Source: a virus | Lineage: Duplodnaviria > Caudoviricetes | Virus record (IMG/VR): IMGVR_UViG_3300034093_003299 | Span: 1-64,000 of that record | Reading direction: 5' to 3' (one strand) | Length of the DNA: 64,000 bases | Shown here: positions 26,338 through 34,902 of the stretch, one piece after another | Layout: each line of letters opens with the position of its first letter | Numbering within the stretch: the stretch's first letter is position 1 | Position numbers and translations under genes: made by a program | The notes under the pieces: model-generated | Database searches by the model: none | Seen by the model: the letters and a program-made list of their open reading frames with translations, nothing else | What the model was told of the DNA's origin: nothing

Positions 26338-26365
26338 TTGACTTTCTCGAAAAAGCAGCCACAAT
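26338..26365 (+). promoter_or_regulatory. Promoter TTGACT-N16-CACAAT, 5 nt before GTG 26371
   Basis: Read directly; heads the PHP-dnaQ-dnaE run. Confidence 0.7.
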
Positions 26366-26370
26366 TAAGC

Positions 26371-27135
26371 GTGTACTCGGCTGTCCCTTTATTTAAATCT
26401 CATTATAGCCTTGGCAAATCTGTGCTTACCCTGTCTAAAGCAGGGTCTAGCGACCCAGACGAGCCAAGCTCTATTATTGACATCGCGAAGAAGCTTAATC
26501 TAGACAAAGTTCATCTTGTCGATGACTCTATTTCTGGACTGCTAGAAGCTTACAAGTCTTGCGAGGACGCAAATCTAAATTTAAGATTTGGCTTGCGTTT
26601 AACCGTGTGCGACGATATTGACAACAAGACTGCTGAATCTAGAGAAAAAGAACACAAAGTAATCGTCTTCTTGTCGAGATCAGAAGGGTATCAAAATCTG
26701 ATCAAGATATCTACTGTTGCCAGTACAAATGGATTTTACTATTACCCAAGAATAGACTGCAAAACTCTTAAAGAAATTTGGAGCAAGGAAAATCTTTTGC
26801 TTTGCATTCCTTTCTATGATTCTTATGTGTTCAAAAATAATTTGACTTATAGCGTTTGCATTCCTGATTTTAGTTTTTGCGATCCTGTTTATTTTGTAGA
26901 GGATAATAATTTGCCATTTGATGAAATTCTTAAATCGAAAGTCGAAGAAATTGTCTCAGACAAACAATTGGCAGTCAAAACACAGTCTATCTATTATGAA
27001 AACAAAGAAGACTTCTTGGCTTACCTTACGTTTAGGTGCATCTCCGAAAGAACCACTTTGAGCAAACCTAATCTAAATCATTGCTCTTCAAACGAATTCT
27101 GCGCCGAGTCATTCAAGGAAAAATATGGAAAATGA
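26371..27135 (+). CDS. dnaE: Stand-alone PHP domain of DNA polymerase III alpha (N-terminal part of split DnaE)
   Basis: KSHYSLGKS, HLVDDS, NLIKISTVA...GFYYYPRID and QSIYY motifs align with DnaE PHP; start revised to GTG 26371. Confidence 0.8.
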   Translation: MYSAVPLFKSHYSLGKSVLTLSKAGSSDPDEPSSIIDIAKKLNLDKVHLVDDSISGLLEAYKSCEDANLNLRFGLRLTVCDDIDNKTAESREKEHKVIVFLSRSEGYQNLIKISTVASTNGFYYYPRIDCKTLKEIWSKENLLLCIPFYDSYVFKNNLTYSVCIPDFSFCDPVYFVEDNNLPFDEILKSKVEEIVSDKQLAVKTQSIYYENKEDFLAYLTFRCISERTTLSKPNLNHCSSNEFCAESFKEKYGK

Positions 27136-27763
27136 ACTACTGAGATTTGACAAGTCTAAAAAGATTGTCTTTATCGACTGCGAAACATTAAATCTGTGTC
27201 TTAATTTTTGCCAAAATCTTCCATGGCAAGTTGCCATGCTAGACACTGTGGGTGGTAAGAAAATCGACGAGAGAGATTTCTTGATTAAATGGGACACCAA
27301 TCTTAAAATATCAGAAGATGCCAGACGAATCACAAGATATCCTGAAGGACTCATCCAAACAACTGGCAAGAAATTTGATGATGTCTTTGATACTATTAGG
27401 GATTGGCTTGACTCTTGTGACTATATTGTTGGTCATAACATTCTTGGCTTCGATTTCTATCTTATAAAAGAGATGTATTTGCTTAAAGGATTGCGAGCGA
27501 ATCATTTAGTTAATAAAATTTTAGATACTAATTGCTTGGCTAAGGGAATCAAATATGGAATCCCTAAGATGTCAAAAGAAACTTTGATCGAATATCAATA
27601 TAAATTACTTCATACTTACAGAAAAGGTATAAAAACTAATCTTACAGCTTTGGGCAAGGATTATAATATAGATCATGACTATGATAATTTGCACAATGCA
27701 ATTGTTGATTTGGATTTGAATTTGAAAGTCTGGAATAAAATTAAATTTCAAGTGGAGATATGA
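27125..27763 (+). CDS. dnaQ: DEDDh 3'-5' exonuclease (Pol III epsilon-like)
   Basis: ExoI FIDCET, ExoII VGHNILGFD and ExoIII LHNAIVD motifs. Confidence 0.88.
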   Translation: MENELLRFDKSKKIVFIDCETLNLCLNFCQNLPWQVAMLDTVGGKKIDERDFLIKWDTNLKISEDARRITRYPEGLIQTTGKKFDDVFDTIRDWLDSCDYIVGHNILGFDFYLIKEMYLLKGLRANHLVNKILDTNCLAKGIKYGIPKMSKETLIEYQYKLLHTYRKGIKTNLTALGKDYNIDHDYDNLHNAIVDLDLNLKVWNKIKFQVEI

Positions 27764-30327
27764 ATAATTTTAATAGCTATTTTACTGATTTTAAGTTGCC
27801 ATTATATGGCGTTAGACTTCCAGAGTTCAATATTGAAAGCCGCCTTAAGAAAGAGTATGGCTTAAAAGAAGAGTCTTCCAACTACGACTTCTTGATGCAA
27901 GTGTGCAGAGCTAATTTTAAAAAGCTAAACATAGCCAAAGAAGATTTTCCTAAATATTCAGAGAGAGTAAAATACGAATTGGAGACCGTTAAAGACCTCG
28001 GGTTTCTTGACTATATTCTTTTGGTTTGGAATGTTATTAATTATTGCAACGAAAACTCCATTCCTGTGGGTCTTGGGCGCGGTTCTGCTGCTGGTAGTCT
28101 TATTCTTTATCTGCTGGGAGTCACCAAGGTAGATCCGATTAAATACGAGCTATTCTTTGAGCGGTTTATATCTAAGATCCGTGCGAAGAAACAAGTGGTT
28201 GATGGTATAACTTACCTTGACGGATCGCTCATGTGCGACGTAGATATCGATATCTGTTACTATAATCGACATAAAGTAATCAAATACTTAGACCAGCTAT
28301 TCTCAGGCAGAACATCTAAGATCCTGACTCTTACAACTCTAAGCGGGAAAATTCTAATTAAAGAATGCGGCAAAATCATAGATGAAAAACCTGAGTCAGA
28401 AATGAATGAAGTAAGTTCTTTGATCCCTAAAACTTTCGGCCAAGTGATGGACCTTAAGCAAGCTTATGCTGAAGTGCCTGACCTACAAGCTTGGTGCGAT
28501 AACAATCCTAGAGCTTATAAGACTGCGCTAAAGTTGCGCAATTTAATTAAGAACAAGAGCGTCCACGCTTCAGGGATGATGCTTTCGTACCATCCAATAG
28601 ATCAAAGCTGTCCTACCGAACTTACCAGCGACAAAGAACAGGTCTCTAGTTACGACATGAATTGGGTTTCTATCTTTAATGTTAAACTAGATCTTCTTGG
28701 CTTAAGAAGCGTATCGATTGTAGACCGTGTCTGTAAATTAATAAATATTAAAACCTCAGACATTGATTTTAATGATCCGATAATATATCAGCAGCTACAA
28801 GACTTTAAAACTCCTCACGGATGCTTCCAAATTGAAGCTGAAACAAATTTCAAAGTTTGTAAGAAGGTAAAGCCAAAAAACCTCGAAGAACTAAGCGCAG
28901 TCCTTGCTCTTGCTCGCCCCGGAGCTTTAGAGTTCGTTGATCAGTATGCTAACTTCACTAACAACAATCAATACGAAGGCATCCATGAATTTTTTGATTC
29001 CGTATTGAGCGGCAGCGGTGGCGTTGCATTGTATCAGGAGCAGTTGATGAAAATGTCCAATAAGATTGGATTTACTCTTGATGAAGCAGAAGTTCTTCGC
29101 CGAATTGTCGGTAAGAAGAAAGTCGAAGAAGCCAAAAAATGGCAAGAAAAGATCAAAGACAAGATCAAAGAGAATAATCTAGCCCCAGAGATCGGAGACA
29201 TCCTTTGGCGCATTCTTGAAAACTCAGCAAATTACTCATTTAATAAATCGCACTCCATGAGCTATGCGGCTCTTGCCGCGTGTACTGTTTATCTTAAATT
29301 CAAGCACCCTAAAGAATTTTTCTTAGCTTTGCTAGAAATGACAAAGCATGAGCCGGCTCCTTTAGAAGAGATATCTAAGATTCAGAAAGAGCTTCGCCAC
29401 TTTGGCGTAACTCTGCTTGGGCCTCACATATTAAAATCTGATACTGATTTTTCTATCCAAGGAAATGATATTAGATTTGGATTATCTTCTATTAAGGGCA
29501 TCTCAGAGAAAACTATGGAAAAGCTCAAACTCTTTAAGAGCGAGCAATCTAGTAAATTTGAAGTATTCCAAGCCGCTAAAGAAGTTGGGCTTTCTATCGG
29601 TGTTTTATCAGCACTGATTCAGGCTGGTGCCTTGGATGGGTTCTCTGTTTCCCGCAGCAGAGTCGTCCTAGAGGCTCAATTGTGGAACGTGTTAAGCGAA
29701 AAGGAAAAAGTCCTTGCCATGCAGTATGGCCCAGAGTGCGGTAACGACTTACTTAAAACAGTCAAAAAGCTATCTGAAACTAAAAACGAAAACAGCAAGC
29801 TTCTTATAAAAGAAACTCGTTTAGTCACAATAAAGAAAAAGTATGATCTTTATTTAAAAATATATCAACAAAACAATAAATCAGAAAGCTTTGCTAATTG
29901 GTACTATGAAAATAAATTGCTTGGGTATAGTTACAATAACACACTGATAGATATATTCCACCCTAAGATGCCGTCGCTTGTTTCAACCGCTCAGATATCT
30001 GAATTAGGTAATAACTCTATTGTTTATCTAGTTGGCAAGGTGGAAGAAGCCTCGGAATGGACTTCTAAAAACGAGAAAAAAACTAAAGTATTCAAAATGA
30101 TCGTTTCTGATGAATTTGGATCTATACCTGTTCTTACTTTCAACGACAAAATAGAATTCAATAAATCCTCTAATGGCGACAAGCTGCCCGAAAAGGAAGA
30201 CATCGTTATCGTTAAAGCCACGAAAAAACAAGATTGCTTGTTTGGGGATTCCATTGGAATTCAGACCTTGAAAATTTACACCAAGCTTTCAGAATTGAAA
30301 GAAAAAAATCTTGACAATCAAGAGTAA
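27760..30327 (+). CDS. dnaE: DNA polymerase III alpha catalytic part (palm, thumb, fingers, HhH, OB), no PHP
   Basis: GRGSAAGS, FERF, catalytic DVDID, KLDLLGL, YSFNKSHS, IRFGLSSIKG motifs and a C-terminal OB fold. Confidence 0.95.
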   Translation: MNNFNSYFTDFKLPLYGVRLPEFNIESRLKKEYGLKEESSNYDFLMQVCRANFKKLNIAKEDFPKYSERVKYELETVKDLGFLDYILLVWNVINYCNENSIPVGLGRGSAAGSLILYLLGVTKVDPIKYELFFERFISKIRAKKQVVDGITYLDGSLMCDVDIDICYYNRHKVIKYLDQLFSGRTSKILTLTTLSGKILIKECGKIIDEKPESEMNEVSSLIPKTFGQVMDLKQAYAEVPDLQAWCDNNPRAYKTALKLRNLIKNKSVHASGMMLSYHPIDQSCPTELTSDKEQVSSYDMNWVSIFNVKLDLLGLRSVSIVDRVCKLINIKTSDIDFNDPIIYQQLQDFKTPHGCFQIEAETNFKVCKKVKPKNLEELSAVLALARPGALEFVDQYANFTNNNQYEGIHEFFDSVLSGSGGVALYQEQLMKMSNKIGFTLDEAEVLRRIVGKKKVEEAKKWQEKIKDKIKENNLAPEIGDILWRILENSANYSFNKSHSMSYAALAACTVYLKFKHPKEFFLALLEMTKHEPAPLEEISKIQKELRHFGVTLLGPHILKSDTDFSIQGNDIRFGLSSIKGISEKTMEKLKLFKSEQSSKFEVFQAAKEVGLSIGVLSALIQAGALDGFSVSRSRVVLEAQLWNVLSEKEKVLAMQYGPECGNDLLKTVKKLSETKNENSKLLIKETRLVTIKKKYDLYLKIYQQNNKSESFANWYYENKLLGYSYNNTLIDIFHPKMPSLVSTAQISELGNNSIVYLVGKVEEASEWTSKNEKKTKVFKMIVSDEFGSIPVLTFNDKIEFNKSSNGDKLPEKEDIVIVKATKKQDCLFGDSIGIQTLKIYTKLSELKEKNLDNQE

Positions 30328-30338
30328 AGCGTCACAAT
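30311..30338 (+). promoter_or_regulatory. Promoter TTGACA-N16-CACAAT, 7 nt before ATG 30346
   Basis: Read directly. Confidence 0.75.
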
Positions 30339-30345
30339 AACCTGT

Positions 30346-30921
30346 ATGCTTCAATTTTATAAACCGAACCCTAAGAACACTGGCTGCGGATGCTCCTTCA
30401 AATACTCCGCCAAGGACGACTGCGTTTTCGTCAACATGATCAAGCAGGCGAGTTGGGACGACCAAGCTAAGCGCGGATCATTCGCTGGCAACTCTCAAAA
30501 CCCAAAGGCTTCATGCTCTATTAAGCTAAGTCTTACTGAAGCTTCAGATATCATCTCGGCAATTAGACGCAATGGTGAGATTTCAGCTTTTCACGACTCA
30601 GCTAAGCAAGTAACTAGAATCAAGTTCTCTCCTTACATGCGCGGCACAAAGGATGATCCAAGCAAGATAGCTCAAGTTGGCTATTCCTTTTCCGTGTCAA
30701 AGGAAAGCAAGGAAAACGCTCAAGACAAGACCTCTTTCTTGATTGGCTTTACATTCGGAGAGGGAACCCGCCTTGAGGCTTTCTTCTGCTTTGCTCTTGC
30801 GAAAAGTTTTGAAAAGGCTTCGCTAGATCAAGATAATAGATCAGCCGCCGCTCCTCAAGCAGTCCTTCCCAAGAAAGAAGAGGCTCCGAAGCAGGAGACG
30901 CCGGACGACGATCTATGGTAA
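30346..30921 (+). CDS. Whirly-like ssDNA-binding protein with an acidic tail
   Basis: Ordered motifs FYK, KLSLTE, FHD, GYSFSV and F.FGE...L..FF.FAL parallel the plant Whirly domain as I recall it; tail ETPDDDLW. Confidence 0.55.
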   Translation: MLQFYKPNPKNTGCGCSFKYSAKDDCVFVNMIKQASWDDQAKRGSFAGNSQNPKASCSIKLSLTEASDIISAIRRNGEISAFHDSAKQVTRIKFSPYMRGTKDDPSKIAQVGYSFSVSKESKENAQDKTSFLIGFTFGEGTRLEAFFCFALAKSFEKASLDQDNRSAAAPQAVLPKKEEAPKQETPDDDLW

Positions 30922-32780
30922 AAAAGAAAAAAATCCTTTATCACAGCGATTTCGCTTTATCTAAAACTGGCTTTGGTAGAAATACCAAGGCCGTTCTTTC
31001 TTATTTATATAACACAGGAAAGTACGATATAGTTTCTCTCGCAGGCGGGCTTACTAAAAACCATCCAGAATTAGAAAGGACTCCTTGGAAAAGCTATGGA
31101 AGCTATCCCGTCTCTGGCGCGGAATTAAACGATTCAAATTCTAGCACAGACAAAAGCAGGCTTTATTCTTATGGAGCCTTTGAGTTGGACAGAATTGTGG
31201 AGCTAGAAAAGCCCGATGTCTATATCGGAGTGCAAGATTTTTGGGGAATTGATTACGCGATAAATAAACCGTGGTTTAATAAGATAAATCACGCTCTTTG
31301 GATTACATTAGATTCGCTGCCTTTGCTACCATCTGCTGTGGAAGCAGCTCCTAAAATTAAAAACTATTGGGTATGGTCTAGTTTTGCTGAAAAAGAAATG
31401 CATAAACTCGGGCACGCGCACGTTAAAACTCTGCATGGGGCTATAGATGTTTCTGATTTTAGGCCTTTCTCAGAAGATGAAAAAGCAAGCCTAAGAAATA
31501 AAAACAAGATATCTTCTGATGATTTTATTATTGGATTTGTTTTTAGAAATCAACTCAGAAAATCTGTACCAAATTTACTTCAAGGCTTTAAGATCTTTAA
31601 AGAAAAAAATCCTGAATGTAAACCAAAGCTTTTATTGCACACTCATTGGAAAGAAGGGTGGGGAATTGAAAAGCTAAGCAAAGAAACTGGAGTTGATATT
31701 AAAGATATATTAACTACATATATTTGTAAAAAATGCCGCAATTATCATGTAAGCTCATTTTCGGGTCACGAAACAGATTGCTCAAAATGCGGAAGTCAAT
31801 CTTCTTGCGTCACAACCTCGATTAACCTTGGCACTACAGAAAAACAATTAAATGAAATTTATAATTTAATGGATGTTTATTGCCACCCATTCACAAGTGG
31901 TGGTCAAGAAATCCCGATCCAAGAAGCGAAGTTGGCTGGACTAATTACTTTAGTCACTAATTATAGTTGCGGGGAAGAAATGTGTTGCCCTGAGGCTAAT
32001 TCTATCGCTTTAAATTGGAGCGAGTATAGAGAATTCGGAACCGAATTCATTAAAGCGTCTACTTGCCCGATTTCAATATCAGATAATTTAACTTCTGTTT
32101 TTAAGATGCCAGTTAATGAAAAAATTAAAATGGGGAAATTAGCTAGGAAATGGACTATAGATAATTTCTCTGTAGATAGTGTTGGCGGTAAAATAGAAAA
32201 ATTTTTAGACTCTTGTGAATTAAAAGAGTATTCTTTAGACAAAGAACCAGGCAAATTGTGCAATCCAAATGCTTTTGTTCCAGAAATAGAAGATAGTGTG
32301 CTTTGGTTGAAGTCTTTATATTCTTTAATACTACTAAGAGACATAGCTGATGGCGATGATGGATTATTACATTGGGTTGATAAAATTAAAAATAATACTC
32401 CACGACGAACTATAGAGCAGTATTTCAGAGAGGTGGCGTACAAGGAAAACGAAAAAAATAAAAAATTTAAAATAGAAGATCTTTTTATTGACACAAAGCC
32501 AGAAGAAAGAATTTTTGTTTCTATCGATTCTTCTTTAGAGAACATTTTCTTGTCTACAAAAATCATCTCGGCAATAAAAGAAAAATATCCAGACAAAAAG
32601 ATATTTGTTTCTTCCAACGAGCTTTGCCAATCTGTCTTTTCAGGAAACACTATGATTCATTCTGCTATAATTAAAACATCAGAGTTCGACGATCCGACTT
32701 TCCTTGGCGCTAATTTTTTTCAGAGTTATCGTTTAGACAACTTTTCTATAAACAATAGCCACTCTCTATTAATCAAATGA
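30915..32780 (+). CDS. Multidomain GT4 glycosyltransferase with Zn-ribbon insert, DUF4214-like segment and GT9 N-domain-like tail
   Basis: TGFGRN, RNQLRKS and SGGQEIPIQEAKLAG motifs; CKKC..CSKC insert; LRD..DGDDGLLHW...RRTIEQYF; STKIISAIKEKYPDKKI. Confidence 0.8.
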   Translation: MVKKKKILYHSDFALSKTGFGRNTKAVLSYLYNTGKYDIVSLAGGLTKNHPELERTPWKSYGSYPVSGAELNDSNSSTDKSRLYSYGAFELDRIVELEKPDVYIGVQDFWGIDYAINKPWFNKINHALWITLDSLPLLPSAVEAAPKIKNYWVWSSFAEKEMHKLGHAHVKTLHGAIDVSDFRPFSEDEKASLRNKNKISSDDFIIGFVFRNQLRKSVPNLLQGFKIFKEKNPECKPKLLLHTHWKEGWGIEKLSKETGVDIKDILTTYICKKCRNYHVSSFSGHETDCSKCGSQSSCVTTSINLGTTEKQLNEIYNLMDVYCHPFTSGGQEIPIQEAKLAGLITLVTNYSCGEEMCCPEANSIALNWSEYREFGTEFIKASTCPISISDNLTSVFKMPVNEKIKMGKLARKWTIDNFSVDSVGGKIEKFLDSCELKEYSLDKEPGKLCNPNAFVPEIEDSVLWLKSLYSLILLRDIADGDDGLLHWVDKIKNNTPRRTIEQYFREVAYKENEKNKKFKIEDLFIDTKPEERIFVSIDSSLENIFLSTKIISAIKEKYPDKKIFVSSNELCQSVFSGNTMIHSAIIKTSEFDDPTFLGANFFQSYRLDNFSINNSHSLLIK

Positions 32781-33937
32781 ATCTTTTAAAATCTTTTTCT
32801 GTTACAACTGGGCTAGATCCTGGCAATTCATATCTATATGAGAGCCTGTATCCATTAGATTTTGATAAGTATATTGTTTTAGATACGCAGTCAACTAATC
32901 CAAATTTTCATTATATTTTCTGGTTTAGAGTTATAGAATTGATAGAGCCAATCTTGTCTAATCATAATATAAAGATTGTTCATTTTGTCGAAGACAAGCG
33001 CTATCACTTTAATCACACTTACCTAGATAATTCTAATTCCCTTTCTCAAAGAGCTTATATTTTGAAGAAGGCTTTATTCTTTTGCGGATCTTCGAAATTG
33101 TATTCATTGATGGCTTCTGAATATTCAGTGAATCAATGCTTTATAAAGACCGACTATACTTTGGACAACGTTTTAGCAAAAGAAGATCAGATTATCCATT
33201 CCAATACTGAAAGAAAGAATTTCTTAAACCCTACAGGAGCAAGAATAAATAATATCCGGCCAGAGGAGATAGCGAAAAAAATCCTTAAGTCTGCTCTTAA
33301 CGAAGACCACTGTTTCGATAATACCATATCTGTAGGAAAAGTTTTCTCCGCTCAGAATTTAGAAGTTATACCCGATTGCGCTTTTAAAATAAACAATAAT
33401 CTAAAAAATGAAATTGTTATCCGAATGGATTATTTGTTTTCTGAAGAAAATTTAGATCTTCTTTTGTCTTACCATTCCTGCTCGGTTGTTACCAACAAAG
33501 CAATCAGTAAAAGTTTATTAATTAAAAGATTAAATAAAATTAAAAAGATATATCTTAAAGTTGAAAAAAATTCAGATCCATCATTCATTGATATCATTGA
33601 AGAGTTAAAAATAGATTATGAAATAATTACTACTTTAAGCAGCGCTGACCTAGAAAGAGAAAAGATGAAATTCTTTGATTATAAAAAAATCAATAGGCTC
33701 AATGTCTTGGGCTTAGAATTTTTAGAAGGATTAGATAAATCAAAAATTTACTTTAAGACAAATAAAATAGTAATAAAAGGCGGGAAAACTTTTGCCAGCA
33801 AATGGCATTCCAGATCGAACATCAATAGCCCGGATGTTCGTAATTCAAGTTTCCAAATACCGCCTGTTATCGATCAGTCTTTTAAAGATGAGGCCGATTA
33901 CTTTTATTTCTTGACTAAAGAGCAATTCGAAGCATAA
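32777..33937 (+). CDS. GT9 C-domain-like protein with a C-terminal extension
   Basis: KYIVL...HYIFWFRVIELI...IVHF and LSQRAYILKKALFFCG pattern. Confidence 0.5.
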   Translation: MNLLKSFSVTTGLDPGNSYLYESLYPLDFDKYIVLDTQSTNPNFHYIFWFRVIELIEPILSNHNIKIVHFVEDKRYHFNHTYLDNSNSLSQRAYILKKALFFCGSSKLYSLMASEYSVNQCFIKTDYTLDNVLAKEDQIIHSNTERKNFLNPTGARINNIRPEEIAKKILKSALNEDHCFDNTISVGKVFSAQNLEVIPDCAFKINNNLKNEIVIRMDYLFSEENLDLLLSYHSCSVVTNKAISKSLLIKRLNKIKKIYLKVEKNSDPSFIDIIEELKIDYEIITTLSSADLEREKMKFFDYKKINRLNVLGLEFLEGLDKSKIYFKTNKIVIKGGKTFASKWHSRSNINSPDVRNSSFQIPPVIDQSFKDEADYFYFLTKEQFEA

Positions 33938-33938
33938 T
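33911..33938 (+). promoter_or_regulatory. Promoter TTGACT-N16-CATAAT, 7 nt before ATG 33946
   Basis: Read directly. Confidence 0.75.
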
Positions 33939-33945
33939 GAATGAG

Positions 33946-34638
33946 ATGAGTACACCTCCCAAGCTTCTCACTCGAAATGAATTCGGTCTTTTAGAAGATC
34001 CTCCCATTCCATACGTTTTCAACGAAGATGGATACGTTAATTGGCGCAAGATGATTCGACCTGAATTTCTAGTGCCGAATAAGCAGCGCACCCAAGAAAC
34101 AGATATCACAAAGCTAGAAGACAAGGATCTTTTAATTTTGCTAGGCGGAATTAAAGAGCTTGCCCAAATCAGAGGCTTCACTTGCGTATCTTACGATGTG
34201 CCAGAAGCCGGCCCAAATTATGTTTTAGCTAGTTGTTATATAAATTGGATAGGTAACTACGAAACGGCTGATAAGGATATCTCTTTCCAATCCCTAGCAG
34301 ATGCCTCGCCGGACAACACTCAAAGTTTCGCTCGTAATTATTTAGCAGCTATCGCTGAGAACAGGGCGTTCGTAAGATGCGTACGGAACTTCTTAAAGAT
34401 TAACATTGTCGGCCAAGAAGAGGTCGGAGTCAAGGTCGTAGACGACCCGACTATAGACAATCCTATGTCTCCCGCTGCGGTGCTTCAGAACATTATGAAA
34501 GAGAAAGGCATTTCTTTCGATCAAATTCAAAAGCGATTAGTCAAAGACAAGTATGAAAAAGCTGAAGAAATAACTTCTATTAATGAACTTTCTAAGCCTA
34601 AGATTTTTGAGCTTATTGAAAGAATCAAAAAAGCTTAA
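33946..34638 (+). CDS. Rad52/Sak-like single-strand annealing protein (putative)
   Basis: ILLGGIKELAQIRG and LADAS..N....AAIAENRAFVRCVRNFL.I motifs; start revised to ATG 33946. Confidence 0.5.
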   Translation: MSTPPKLLTRNEFGLLEDPPIPYVFNEDGYVNWRKMIRPEFLVPNKQRTQETDITKLEDKDLLILLGGIKELAQIRGFTCVSYDVPEAGPNYVLASCYINWIGNYETADKDISFQSLADASPDNTQSFARNYLAAIAENRAFVRCVRNFLKINIVGQEEVGVKVVDDPTIDNPMSPAAVLQNIMKEKGISFDQIQKRLVKDKYEKAEEITSINELSKPKIFELIERIKKA

Positions 34639-34902
34639 TTACCATTTGCCAGATGGGCAACTTTCATAGTCAGCTTTTACTTTAGCTGCTACAAAACATC
34701 CGCATACAGTGCATCGACCTAGATTTTTGTCTAGGTCTTTGCATTTACTGCAAACATCTAACCTCTCTTGGGCTTTATTTTTTTGAGCGATAATGGGTTT
34801 TCCATTTGAAATCGCCACCCCAGCTTTCACTGCCGATCCAGCCAAGCTTTTAGACATTTTTGCTGCTTCTTTAAATAAATTACTAAAATTATCTAAACTC
34901 AT
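34639..34902 (-). CDS. Cys-rich DUF6171-like small protein
   Basis: RLDVCSKC...RCTVCGCFV..K....ESCPSGKW. Confidence 0.75.
   Translation of the reverse strand: MSLDNFSNLFKEAAKMSKSLAGSAVKAGVAISNGKPIIAQKNKAQERLDVCSKCKDLDKNLGRCTVCGCFVAAKVKADYESCPSGKW

Noticed and set aside
11998-30327. Inteins or introns in nrdJ, recA, dnaB or dnaE
   Set aside because: Lengths match intein-free homologues, and no C/S...HN-C/S/T splice motifs or LAGLIDADG blocks were seen, including at the DnaE split point.
31961-32650. 229-aa minus-strand ORF inside the GT4 gene
   Set aside because: Ser/Ile/Phe/Leu-rich composition typical of antisense shadows in AT-rich DNA; no motif, promoter or coupling.
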